Assembly (NCBI GenBank): GCA_028703095.1
Contig: JAQVNO010000001.1
Location: forward strand, 1 to 63,013
Length of the DNA stretch: 63,013 nucleotides
Reading direction: 5' to 3'
Source: Bacteroidales bacterium
GTDB lineage: Bacteria > Bacteroidota > Bacteroidia > Bacteroidales > WCHB1-69
Positions 37,781-47,711 of this stretch are shown here, piece after piece. Positions within the stretch are counted from its first letter, which is position 1. Each line of letters begins with the position of its first letter. The notes beneath the pieces were generated by a model, which ran no database searches, was not told the DNA's origin, and worked only from the letters and a program-made list of their open reading frames with translations. The translations under genes and the position numbers were made by a program.

Positions 37781-38962
37781 ATGGATATAAAAAACTATTT
37801 TAATCCCATAATTCCCGAGGAGTTAGATTTTTATTCATTAGAACAATCTACTAATCTTTTGGGAGATACTATCATTATTTATGAAAACGAATCTAATTTT
37901 CCAGATTTAGAAAAAGCTAATATTGTAATATTCGGTGTCCCCGAAGAAAAAAACGCTTTTAACAATATCGGTTGTTCGGATGCTCCCAACGAAGTCAGAA
38001 AACAACTCTATCAATTATATAAACACCCTAATATGCCTATCATTGTTGATATAGGAAATTTAAAAACAGGGAAAACTGCCAATGATACGTATGTTGCCCT
38101 AAGTGATATTTTAGCAGCATTAATTCAAGCAGGGTTAACAACTATAATTATTGGGGGAAGTCAAGATATAACATATGCCAATTATTGTGCCTACGAGCAA
38201 TTAAATCAAATTATTAACATTGTTTCAATTGATTCAAAATTCGACATCGGCAATGAAGAACAGGCTTTTAACTCCAACAGTTACCTTCACAAAATAATTT
38301 TAAAGCAACCCAATTTTCTTTTTAATTACAGCAACTTAGGATTCCAAACATATCTCGTTGACAATGAAGAAGTATTGTTGATGAATAAACTATACTTCGA
38401 CGCATATCGCTTAGGGTTGGTACAAGATGATTTAATTGATTGTGAACCTGTAATTCGAAACGCCGACATTTTGACTTTAGATATGTCTTCGGTACGTTTT
38501 TCGGATTCTCCGGGATGTAAAAACGTATCTCCCAATGGATTTACCGGAAAAGAAATCTGTCAAATGGCACGCTATGCCGGAGGAAACAATAAATTAAATT
38601 CATTTGGCATTTATGAATATAATCCCTCTTATGATATTGCTTGTCAAAGTGCAAAACTAATATCACAAATTATTTGGTATTTTATCGATGGCTATATTAT
38701 GCGTCAAAATGATGCCCCCGATGTCATTAAAAAGAATTTCTATAAATATTTTGTTTCCTTACACGATAATGCTTATGAAATTATATTTTATAAAAGTAAA
38801 ATAAGTGGTCTATGGTGGATGGAAATTCCTTCTGAAAATAAAAATCCACATTACAATCGACATTATATTGTTCCTTGTACACTAAAAGATTACGAGACTG
38901 CATGCAAAAATGAAATTCCCGAAAGGTGGCTACAAACGTATAAAAAAATTAAAATCAATTAA
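37781..38962 (+). CDS. arginase/formimidoylglutamase-fold protein with degenerate metal-binding motifs
   Basis: The overall arginase-family layout is present. However, GGSQDIT replaces GG(D/G)H, IDSKFD replaces DAHxD, and LDMSS replaces xDxD. Confidence 0.65.
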   Translation: MDIKNYFNPIIPEELDFYSLEQSTNLLGDTIIIYENESNFPDLEKANIVIFGVPEEKNAFNNIGCSDAPNEVRKQLYQLYKHPNMPIIVDIGNLKTGKTANDTYVALSDILAALIQAGLTTIIIGGSQDITYANYCAYEQLNQIINIVSIDSKFDIGNEEQAFNSNSYLHKIILKQPNFLFNYSNLGFQTYLVDNEEVLLMNKLYFDAYRLGLVQDDLIDCEPVIRNADILTLDMSSVRFSDSPGCKNVSPNGFTGKEICQMARYAGGNNKLNSFGIYEYNPSYDIACQSAKLISQIIWYFIDGYIMRQNDAPDVIKKNFYKYFVSLHDNAYEIIFYKSKISGLWWMEIPSENKNPHYNRHYIVPCTLKDYETACKNEIPERWLQTYKKIKIN

Positions 38963-38966
38963 CCGT

Positions 38967-40481
38967 ATGCCACTCATAAATTCCATTTTAAAAAATTCTT
39001 TTTTAAGGAACTCTAGTGTACAAAAAATCATCGAACAACCTTTTCAGTGTCAAGAAAAGTGTTTCCACTATTTAATACAAGCATCAAAAAATACCAGCTG
39101 GGGAAAAAAATTTGATTATCAAAATATTAAATCAATAGAGCATTTTCAGGAAAAAGTTGAAGTAAACACGTATGAAACTCTTTTTCCTTTCATAGAAAGG
39201 ACCATTAGAGGAGAACGAAATGTTTTATGGAGAGGGAAAACACATATGTTTTCAAAATCTTCGGGAACTAGTGGAAGTAAAAGTAAATATATTCCTGTTA
39301 CTATTGAATCGTTAATTGAATGCAATTACAAAGGTGGAAAAGACACTTTATCACTATACGTAAAACAAAGACCCGAAACTAAATTATTTACAGGAAAAAC
39401 TCTTTCATTAACAGGCTCTTTACATAAATCGGATATTAATTCCAAAGCTGTTTGTGGTGATATCTCAGCTATTTTGATTAAATATATCCCCGAATGGGCA
39501 AATCGATTAAGAACACCCTCCAAGAAAATTTCTCTCCTCCCTAAATGGGATACAAAACTTGAGCATTTTGCACAAACAGCTATGAATCAAAATATAACTG
39601 CTTTAGCAGGAGTCCCATCGTGGATTTTAGTCATACTAAAACGTATTTTAGCGTTAAAGGGTGTTGATTCTTTATGCACTTTATGGCCTCATCTCGAATT
39701 ATTTTTACATGGAGGAGTAAATTTTAGTCCTTATTTACCTCAATATAAATCTATTATTTCAGATGAAAGCGTCTATTATTGGCAAGTATATAATGCTTCC
39801 GAAGGTTATTTTGCTACGCAAGATCGTCCTTTCGCGGACGATATGTTGTTGCTGTTAAACAACGGCGTTTTCTATGAGTTCATTACTTTATCAGATTTTC
39901 TAAACAAAGAACATAAAACTATTACTATCCAAGATGTAAAAACAGATATTAATTATGTAATTGTAATTTCTACCAATGCCGGATTATGGCGTTATATTAT
40001 TGGAGATGTGGTACAATTCACATCAACAAATCCATACCGTATTAGCATCACAGGTCGCATAACTCACTTCATCAACGCATTCGGTGAAGAACTGATTATT
40101 GATAATGTAGAAAAAGCTTTATATGCTGCTTGCCAACAAACAGATAGCATGGTTACAGAATATACTGTTGCTCCCATTTACTTTCAAAACAACGAAAAGG
40201 CTTCTCATGAGTGGTTAATTGAATTTAAGAAAGCACCCAAAAGTATTGATGTATTTACAACAATTTTAGATTGTGAATTAATGAAGCTAAATTCCGATTA
40301 CGAAGCAAAACGCTCCTTTGATATATTATTACAAAAACCTATTATACATATAGTTACGGAAGGTACATTTTTGCGTTGGATGTCTATAAAAGGAAAATTA
40401 GGAGGACAATACAAAGTTACACGTCTTTCCAACAACCGTACTATTATTGATGAAATAAAAAAACTTATCAGCCTTTCATAA
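38967..40481 (+). CDS. GH3-family (acyl-adenylate-forming) protein
   Basis: FSKSSGTSGSKSKYIPVT and the overall bacterial GH3 auxin-responsive-promoter-family layout. The start is set at ATG 38967 (the ORF track opens at 38910 inside the previous gene). Confidence 0.8.
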   Translation: MPLINSILKNSFLRNSSVQKIIEQPFQCQEKCFHYLIQASKNTSWGKKFDYQNIKSIEHFQEKVEVNTYETLFPFIERTIRGERNVLWRGKTHMFSKSSGTSGSKSKYIPVTIESLIECNYKGGKDTLSLYVKQRPETKLFTGKTLSLTGSLHKSDINSKAVCGDISAILIKYIPEWANRLRTPSKKISLLPKWDTKLEHFAQTAMNQNITALAGVPSWILVILKRILALKGVDSLCTLWPHLELFLHGGVNFSPYLPQYKSIISDESVYYWQVYNASEGYFATQDRPFADDMLLLLNNGVFYEFITLSDFLNKEHKTITIQDVKTDINYVIVISTNAGLWRYIIGDVVQFTSTNPYRISITGRITHFINAFGEELIIDNVEKALYAACQQTDSMVTEYTVAPIYFQNNEKASHEWLIEFKKAPKSIDVFTTILDCELMKLNSDYEAKRSFDILLQKPIIHIVTEGTFLRWMSIKGKLGGQYKVTRLSNNRTIIDEIKKLISLS

Positions 40482-40491
40482 TAATTTTCAC

Positions 40492-40525
40492 AAAAAAAAA
40501 TCACAATTAAAAAAATTGTGATTTT
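40492..40525. terminator. bidirectional Rho-independent terminator between GH3 and RRM genes
   Basis: A9, then the stem tcacaatt / aattgtga with a 5-nt loop, then T4. Confidence 0.65.
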
Positions 40526-40543
40526 ATGAATACAAAAAAACTA

Positions 40544-40864
40544 TTAATAACTTCTATTTCCGCCTGAATTACTTCTTCTTCTGTTGTCGTTACCGTTACC
40601 AAACGATGGTCTGGCATTTTCAGTTCTTTCGCGAGCTTCGTTTACAACGATGGTACGATGATCTACTTCTGCTCCGTTTAATTCTTCAATAGCACGTTTG
40701 CCTTCTTCATCATTATTCATCTCTACAAAGCCAAAGCCTTTGCTTCTGCCTGTAAATTTATCTGTGATTATCTTTGCTGATGCTACTTCTCCGTATTCTT
40801 CGAATACTTCTCTTAAATCGCTTTCCTTAATTGTATAAGGTAAGCTTCCAATAAAAATGTTCAT
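40544..40864 (-). CDS. RRM-type RNA-binding protein
   Basis: RNP2 is IFIGSLPY and RNP1 is KGFGFVEM. There is a Gly/Arg/Asn tail. Confidence 0.92.
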   Translation of the reverse strand: MNIFIGSLPYTIKESDLREVFEEYGEVASAKIITDKFTGRSKGFGFVEMNNDEEGKRAIEELNGAEVDHRTIVVNEARERTENARPSFGNGNDNRRRSNSGGNRSY

Positions 40865-40892
40865 TATGATTAAAATGTATTAAAATTACCTG

Positions 40893-40900
40893 CAAAAGTA
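40893..40900 (-). promoter_or_regulatory. -7 promoter box for the RRM gene
   Basis: caaaagta on + equals TACTTTTG on the minus strand, 29 nt upstream of start 40864. Confidence 0.55.
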
Positions 40901-41010
40901 CAATTATTATAAACACAATAACAAACTATTTTAATAATAAATACAAATCGCTGAAAATATGATTCTCTGATTGATTAAATCCATAAAAAAAATTTATTTT
41001 AAAGCATAGA

Positions 41011-41072
41011 ACGACATAAATCCTTACTAAATCACATAAGGAAAAGAAGCTTATGTGTGTTTTTTATGTCGT
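41011..41072 (+). terminator. orphan nested hairpin with terminator-like inner stem and an alternative pairing
   Basis: The outer 10-bp stem is acgacataaa / tttatgtcgt. The inner 8-bp stem cacataag / cttatgtg is followed by tgttttttat. A competing stem is tcctta (41021-26) / taagga (41037-42). Confidence 0.4.
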
Positions 41073-41137
41073 ATTATAATAAAATTTATCATTTTTTTTT
41101 ATTTTTTCATAAATAATTTTTGTAACTAATTTTCATG

Positions 41138-41145
41138 TATTTTTG
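41138..41145 (+). promoter_or_regulatory. -7 promoter box upstream of the 965-aa membrane protein gene
   Basis: tatttttg, 102 nt before ATG 41247. Confidence 0.45.
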
Positions 41146-41246
41146 CATAAATAATTTTTCACAAAAACAATAACATTATGTTTATAAAAATGAATGAAAT
41201 ACAAACAATTAGAATTTAATTTGTATTTATATACAAAATTATATAT

Positions 41247-44144
41247 ATGATATACAAACATATAACAACTAGATTAAAGCATTTTTTCGAGCAATTTCAC
41301 ATCGAAAGTTTTATTGTTTACTTTTCTATGTTTGTTGTTTCGTTGCTGTTGTTAACATTCTCACAAATTAATTTTTCCCTAACAACAACCGATAATCCGA
41401 TTTTTAGTCAAGCAACACTCGAAGGTGTTGATATCAACAAAAGAGTGAATATGTTTTATCTGTTGGTTTTTTCGGCTTGCATTTCTTTTTGCATACTTTA
41501 TTTCGTTTCTTATTTATTATTTAACATATTAAATATCACCACTAAACAGAAGCATCACTTATCAATAATCAATGTGCTTGGCATTTTTGCAGTTATTTCA
41601 ACGATTATAGGGTTAAATAGCCACTCCTATGCAATAATACTATTGCTATGTTCACTCCTATTAGTTATTCTTTATACACTATATAACAAGAAAGCTACTA
41701 TTTTTTCAGCCTTTGGCAAAGAAACAAACATCAAATTTATATTAGGAACAAGCATATTACTTTTTTTTGGATGTAGTTTTTTGTTTAACTCATCTGCTAT
41801 TTTTTATAATAACTACGCAATAGCCTTTTTATTAATAGTCATTTTCATTTCAATACTTTACTTTTTCTTTTATACAATACTTAAATTCAATGATTCAAAA
41901 ATAAGGTTACTGCTAAGTTCTACAGCGGCTTTGCCTTTTTTGGCTTTTTTATCTTTTGAGTTTTACATGTATAGAAACTTAAACTTAAATAAATTCATTG
42001 ACTATAAATTACTTTATCTGATTTTATATGGCTGCGTCCTTATTTTTCTTTTCATTTTCATTAACTCTAAAAAGAAACATAATTTCAATACTAAAAAACT
42101 ACTGTCAGTATTTATTTATCCTTCTATCATCATTAATATTATCCTACTCACTAATTATCAAGTCATCTTTCCTCAAACAGAAGACATGTTTGAACTGGCA
42201 AATCCAGCCAATGCAATGATGAAAATATTTGTTCACCATCAAATTCCCTTTATCGATTTCATAACATCGCATATGTTGTACGAACAATGGACGGGAATTT
42301 TATACAACACAATCTTTGGATATAAAGGTGGGCTTGATTTCTTGACATATAAATTTTTAAACACCCTTTTTCTTTTTCTTATATCCTATCATTTTTTCAG
42401 TAAAATACTTAGAAAATCAGCATATGCCTTACTATTTTTAATTTCTTTTCCTTTCACCATAAACTTTTTGGGAAATGAAAGTTTCTTTGTTGTATTCGTT
42501 TTTTATTCCATCATGCAGTTAGTAAAAAACCAAAACACAAAAAATTATCTCATCCTCTATGTATGCATAATAGGACTAATTATTTGGAGAATAGACAACG
42601 GTGCAGCAGCAATATTTTCAAGCTTGCTATTCACACCTATTTTATTTTTCACTACAAAAACAAAGTGGAAATTAATTCCTTTTTTTAAAGCAACAGCTAT
42701 TACATCGACTGTACTTTTGGGTGCTTTTGCTTTATCTTTTATTATGCGTAGTCCGGATTATATTATGGGTAATTTACAATCAGCTTTCCACTACATCTCC
42801 TCAAACCAAGCACATGGATACTCTCAACTCGTTTACAATTATACTCATCAGTTTTTGATATATTATATCTTCATCCCTACTATTGCGGTTTTATCCTCAT
42901 TGTTTATCATTTACACTATCAGAAAGAATTCTTACATCGATAATCATACTTTCTATTTGCTAAGTGCTTCCTTGTTCTTTTTTATCGTATTTTTCATAAA
43001 TGCTCAACGCGGCTTAGTGAGACATAGCTTTATGGAATATACCGAATTTTTTTTCACGTCCACCTTCTTTTTAGCATTGATACTTTTAAGCATTTATTTA
43101 TTTTATACTTATAATAAAAGAAAACAATTTATACGCTTTTACGCTTCAGCATTTTGTTTGTTATTTCTGCTTAAGTTTTTCCCTATTGAAAACAACAACA
43201 CTATGATACAAAATGCAATCTCTTGTCCTTCCATTAAAGAAACGGATGCTCGTTTAAAAAAAGAAAAAATTCGAAACAGGGTACTAAAAAGCGATGACTT
43301 TAAAAAAAACACCTTTCTTGATTTTAAAAACTTTTTAGATAGCAATCTATCCGAAAATCGAAGTTTTATTGATTTTTCAAACACGCCCATGTTATATTAT
43401 TACTGTCAAAGAAAAAGCCCCGGTTATTTCTGTCAGAACTTGCAAAATACCGTTGACGACTACCTGCAACTTCAATTATTAAAACATTTCGATACTCATG
43501 AATTTCCTGTTGTTGTTTTTTCGGCTTATCCTTTAAATTGGTTTGACCATACAGACGGTATTTCTAACATCATGAGATATTACCTTATTGCAGAATACAT
43601 ATTTGCCAACTACCGTCCGTTCTGCATAATCAACAACAAAAGCATTTGGACTAAAAAGCATGCTTCCATTCATTGGAAAATTTCAGAAACAGACACTTTG
43701 ATAAATAATCCGCCATTCTTTGACTACAAAAAAGCGGCTTATCATTGGGGAACATACTTAACGCAAACGGATGCACCTTTCTACCAAAACATTTATCATG
43801 AAATTTTGGAAAATACTAAAAACAAAGACAACTTAACTGTCTCTATTCCTTCGTATTTAAGCAATATTCATCATCTATTCATGCTTATAAGCATTAATAC
43901 ACCTCACGAAACGAATAATTGTTATATAAAACTTAAAAACCAAGATCGTGAAGCCGGCGGATTTTGTTTTGAGTTAATTAAAGGTAAATATGATTATGCT
44001 ATAAGATTGAGCAATAACTATTTCTGGCATAATTCAGAAATTGACACTATTATCATAGAAAAAAGCAAAGAAACGGAAATAAAAGCTATAAAAGTAATTA
44101 AAGATTATAGAGTTGAAAACCAGACATCAAATATTTATAGATAA
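41247..44144 (+). CDS. large polytopic membrane protein (about 18 TM) with ~320-aa soluble C-terminal domain, function unknown
   Basis: 965 aa. It is extremely hydrophobic to about residue 640, then hydrophilic. I recognise no catalytic motif. Confidence 0.75.
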   Translation: MIYKHITTRLKHFFEQFHIESFIVYFSMFVVSLLLLTFSQINFSLTTTDNPIFSQATLEGVDINKRVNMFYLLVFSACISFCILYFVSYLLFNILNITTKQKHHLSIINVLGIFAVISTIIGLNSHSYAIILLLCSLLLVILYTLYNKKATIFSAFGKETNIKFILGTSILLFFGCSFLFNSSAIFYNNYAIAFLLIVIFISILYFFFYTILKFNDSKIRLLLSSTAALPFLAFLSFEFYMYRNLNLNKFIDYKLLYLILYGCVLIFLFIFINSKKKHNFNTKKLLSVFIYPSIIINIILLTNYQVIFPQTEDMFELANPANAMMKIFVHHQIPFIDFITSHMLYEQWTGILYNTIFGYKGGLDFLTYKFLNTLFLFLISYHFFSKILRKSAYALLFLISFPFTINFLGNESFFVVFVFYSIMQLVKNQNTKNYLILYVCIIGLIIWRIDNGAAAIFSSLLFTPILFFTTKTKWKLIPFFKATAITSTVLLGAFALSFIMRSPDYIMGNLQSAFHYISSNQAHGYSQLVYNYTHQFLIYYIFIPTIAVLSSLFIIYTIRKNSYIDNHTFYLLSASLFFFIVFFINAQRGLVRHSFMEYTEFFFTSTFFLALILLSIYLFYTYNKRKQFIRFYASAFCLLFLLKFFPIENNNTMIQNAISCPSIKETDARLKKEKIRNRVLKSDDFKKNTFLDFKNFLDSNLSENRSFIDFSNTPMLYYYCQRKSPGYFCQNLQNTVDDYLQLQLLKHFDTHEFPVVVFSAYPLNWFDHTDGISNIMRYYLIAEYIFANYRPFCIINNKSIWTKKHASIHWKISETDTLINNPPFFDYKKAAYHWGTYLTQTDAPFYQNIYHEILENTKNKDNLTVSIPSYLSNIHHLFMLISINTPHETNNCYIKLKNQDREAGGFCFELIKGKYDYAIRLSNNYFWHNSEIDTIIIEKSKETEIKAIKVIKDYRVENQTSNIYR

Positions 44145-45330
44145 ATTTTTCTTTTATCCTATAGGGTGGGTATTAAACATTTTTGTGCGTATAGCCGGCA
44201 AACTACTTCGTATTAACCATTCCTTAGACCGTGAGTTCACCAAAATCGCCATATGTAAATTCAAAGGATTCGGCAGCATTATTCAATCCACGCCAATGAT
44301 TTCAGCATTAAAAAAACGTTATCCCGATTGTGAAATCATTTTTGTGTCAATCCACCAAAACCGTGAAATACTTCAACAAATCAAAACCATAGATACCATT
44401 TTCACCATCGACGATAAAAAGTTTTTCAGACTGATTATCTCTTGCTTTAAAACGCTTGTTTTATTGATAAGAAAAGCACCGCAAGTTTATATTGATTTGG
44501 AAATATATTCGAACTTCAGTACCGTTTTTACGGCACTGACACTATCTAAAAACAGAATAGGTTTTCATTTAAGATCCAGCTCTTTTCGCATGGGCATTTA
44601 CACACATATGATGTTTTTCAACTACAAAGCCCCCATTTCGGAAGTGTATTTACAAATAGCCCGTTTATTTAGCGATATAAGCGAAAAACCAAGTTTGTAT
44701 CCCTTTCATTTAAACAAAAATTTACCCACAGCAAAATTCAACGAAAAATACATTGTTATTAATCCAAACGCATCGGACTTACGCATTGAACGCAGATGGG
44801 AAAAATTTAAATTTATTGCCTTAATAAAAAAAATCGCACAAGAAAATGAAGATTTATTCATTTATTTAATCGGGAATAAGAAAGAATTAGCATATACTCA
44901 ATCCATCAAAAATGAATTATCTACTTTTGATAATGTAATAAATAAAGCCGGAGAAACCAATATACTTGAATTGATTACATTGATTAAAAACAGTAGTTTT
45001 GTCATCACCAACGATTCCGGACCCATGCACATTGCTTTTGCATGTAAAACTCCTACAATATGTCTTTTCGGGCCATGTTCACCGGAACAATACGGATTTA
45101 TTAAAAATTCTATAATAATATATAAACGTGCATACTGCAGCCCTTGCGTCCACGATTTTGAAATTGCTCCCTGTAAAGGGAATAATGCATGCATGCAACT
45201 CATTGATGTAGATGAAGTGACGGATGCTATACGACAAATCATGCTTTCAAAAGAAAATAGTTTTGTTGAGCAAAATAATATTATTTATAAAAGCAAAAAT
45301 CATATTTTAGGTTTAGTTAATAGACCCTAA
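44113..45330 (+). CDS. glycosyltransferase family 9 (heptosyltransferase-like)
   Basis: ITNDSGPMHIAFACKTPTICLFGP is the GT9 C-terminal signature. A non-ATG (TTG) start overlaps the upstream gene by 32 nt. Confidence 0.85.
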   Translation: MKTRHQIFIDKFFFYPIGWVLNIFVRIAGKLLRINHSLDREFTKIAICKFKGFGSIIQSTPMISALKKRYPDCEIIFVSIHQNREILQQIKTIDTIFTIDDKKFFRLIISCFKTLVLLIRKAPQVYIDLEIYSNFSTVFTALTLSKNRIGFHLRSSSFRMGIYTHMMFFNYKAPISEVYLQIARLFSDISEKPSLYPFHLNKNLPTAKFNEKYIVINPNASDLRIERRWEKFKFIALIKKIAQENEDLFIYLIGNKKELAYTQSIKNELSTFDNVINKAGETNILELITLIKNSSFVITNDSGPMHIAFACKTPTICLFGPCSPEQYGFIKNSIIIYKRAYCSPCVHDFEIAPCKGNNACMQLIDVDEVTDAIRQIMLSKENSFVEQNNIIYKSKNHILGLVNRP

Positions 45331-45337
45331 TATTATC

Positions 45338-45374
45338 AAAAAAAAAGGACTGCTGATCATAAAAGCAATCCTTT
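45338..45374 (-). terminator. Rho-independent terminator after hppA
   Basis: The stem aaaggactgc / gcaatccttt has one mismatch. On the minus strand it is followed by T9. Confidence 0.65.
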
Positions 45375-45394
45375 AAAATATAGCTATAAATATA

Positions 45395-47605
45395 TTACAG
45401 TAAACTAAAAGCTGCGGTTAATCCAGCCATGACGATTGATACCATACTCATGAGTTTGATCAGGATATTCAAAGAAGGACCGGAAGTATCTTTAAAAGGA
45501 TCACCTACTGTATCTCCTACCACATTGGCTTTGTGTGTATCGCTACCTTTTCCACCGAAGTTACCTTCTTCCACATATTTTTTGGCATTGTCCCAAGCAC
45601 CACCGGAATTAGCCATAAAAATAGCCATTATAAAACCGGTACTTAATCCACCTGTCAACAACCCCATAACACCACTTACACCAAAAACAACTCCTACTAT
45701 AATAGGAACAATAATTGCCAATAATGACGGAAATATCATTTCTCTTTGTGCTCCCTTAGTTGAAATTTCCACACAACGAGCATAATCGGGCGTACCTTCA
45801 CCGGTGAGTATACCTTTGATTTCACGAAACTGACAACGCACTTCCTCGACCATGTGCTGTGCCGCTCTACCTACTGCATTCATGGTTAGTCCGCAAAATA
45901 CAAATGCCATCATTGAACCAATAAACATACCTACTAACAATCTAGGATTCATCAAATTCACATCATAATAAATCATAAAATCAGTAAATGATGCAGAACT
46001 GGTTTCTATAATTCTGCCACTAACTTCGATGGTAGTAGTACCTATACGCTCCAAACCCATTTTGATTTCTTCGATATAAGAAGCCAATAAAGCTAAGCCG
46101 GTTAATGCAGCTGAACCTATGGCAAAACCTTTGCCAGTAGCCGCGGTTGTATTTCCTAATGAATCAAGGGCATCTGTACGTTTACGTACTTCGGATCCCA
46201 ATCCGCTCATTTCGGCATTACCGCCTGCATTATCGGCAATAGGACCGTAAGCATCGGTGGCTAAGGTAATCCCTAAAGTGGATAACATCCCTACGGCGGC
46301 TATCCCTATACCATACAATCCACTGGAAAGATTAGTAAAATCGAAACTTCCGAAATGAAAACCGGAAGCAAAAAGGAAGGAGAAAATCACTCCACAAACT
46401 ACGGCCATCACAGGAATAGCTACCGAAATCATACCGGTACCCAAACCGGCAATAATCACGGTTGCAGGTCCGGTTTGTCCACTGGCAGAGATTTTCTTAG
46501 TGGGTTTATAGGATTGAGATGTATAATATTCCGTCGACTGACCGATAACAATACCTACCAACAATCCCACTACAACCGAACACGATAAACCAAACCAATT
46601 TTCTATACCTAAAAAATTTAGAATTAAAAAACTAGCCCCTACAATAAGTAAAGCACTGATATTTGTCCCTATGGACAATGAACGCAATAAGTTTTTTATT
46701 GTTGCTCCTTCTTTGGTTTTCACCAAGAAAATGCCGATAATAGATAAAAACACCCCTACTGCTGCTATCAACATAGGAGCTAACATAGCTTTAGTTTGTT
46801 GTTCTACTCCAAAATGCGCATAAGAAGCAGCTCCTAAAGCAGCAGAGGCTAAAATGGAACCGCAATAGGATTCATACAAATCGGCACCCATACCTGCGAC
46901 ATCCCCTACATTATCCCCTACATTATCGGCTATAGTTGCAGGATTACGTGGGTCATCTTCGGGAATACCGGCTTCTACTTTACCCACTAAATCAGCACCT
47001 ACATCGGCTGCTTTGGTATAAATACCTCCGCCCACACGAGCAAATAAAGCTTGTGTGGAGGCTCCCATACCGAAAGTCAACATAGTAGTTGTTATTATCA
47101 TATTCTTTTGAATAGCCGTAATACCATCTACAAAGTAATTTAAAATTAAATACCACAAGGAAATATCTAAAAGGGCTAAACCCACTACTACTAGACCCAT
47201 CACTGCTCCACTACGAAAAGCTACTCTTAAGCCTTTATCAAGTGAGCTTATGGCAGCATTAGCCGTTCTTGCCGATGCATAAGTGGCTGTTTTCATACCA
47301 AAAAATCCGGCCAAACCCGAAAAGAAACCTCCCGTCAAAAATGCAAAAGGCACCCATTGGTTTTGCAAACCAAAATAGGCCATTAATCCGAAGAGTAAAG
47401 CCAATACGATAAATACAATAGTAACCACCTTGTATTGTTGTTTTAAATACGACATAGCTCCTTGCCTTACGTACAAAGCTATTTTTACCATGGTCTCCGT
47501 TCCTTCACTCTCTTTCATCATCTGACGAAAAAAATAATACGCAAATCCCAATGCAAAAATTGAAGATATTGGGATTATCCAAAAAATAGGCTGAATATTC
47601 ATCAC
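45395..47605 (-). CDS. hppA: membrane-bound proton/sodium-translocating pyrophosphatase
   Basis: 736 aa with [26 protein letters not shown] and [11 protein letters not shown]. Confidence 0.96.
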   Translation of the reverse strand: MMNIQPIFWIIPISSIFALGFAYYFFRQMMKESEGTETMVKIALYVRQGAMSYLKQQYKVVTIVFIVLALLFGLMAYFGLQNQWVPFAFLTGGFFSGLAGFFGMKTATYASARTANAAISSLDKGLRVAFRSGAVMGLVVVGLALLDISLWYLILNYFVDGITAIQKNMIITTTMLTFGMGASTQALFARVGGGIYTKAADVGADLVGKVEAGIPEDDPRNPATIADNVGDNVGDVAGMGADLYESYCGSILASAALGAASYAHFGVEQQTKAMLAPMLIAAVGVFLSIIGIFLVKTKEGATIKNLLRSLSIGTNISALLIVGASFLILNFLGIENWFGLSCSVVVGLLVGIVIGQSTEYYTSQSYKPTKKISASGQTGPATVIIAGLGTGMISVAIPVMAVVCGVIFSFLFASGFHFGSFDFTNLSSGLYGIGIAAVGMLSTLGITLATDAYGPIADNAGGNAEMSGLGSEVRKRTDALDSLGNTTAATGKGFAIGSAALTGLALLASYIEEIKMGLERIGTTTIEVSGRIIETSSASFTDFMIYYDVNLMNPRLLVGMFIGSMMAFVFCGLTMNAVGRAAQHMVEEVRCQFREIKGILTGEGTPDYARCVEISTKGAQREMIFPSLLAIIVPIIVGVVFGVSGVMGLLTGGLSTGFIMAIFMANSGGAWDNAKKYVEEGNFGGKGSDTHKANVVGDTVGDPFKDTSGPSLNILIKLMSMVSIVMAGLTAAFSLL

Positions 47606-47655
47606 TCTAAATTTTAATTAAATATATATTTGTATTAGTAAATTTTTTAATGTCG

Positions 47656-47663
47656 CAAAGATA
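47656..47663 (-). promoter_or_regulatory. -7 promoter box for hppA
   Basis: caaagata on + equals TAtcTTTG on the minus strand, 51 nt upstream of start 47605. Confidence 0.5.
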
Positions 47664-47711
47664 TATGTTTTTACTTCTAAAATAGATAGTAAGATAAAAA
47701 AAAATAAAAAA

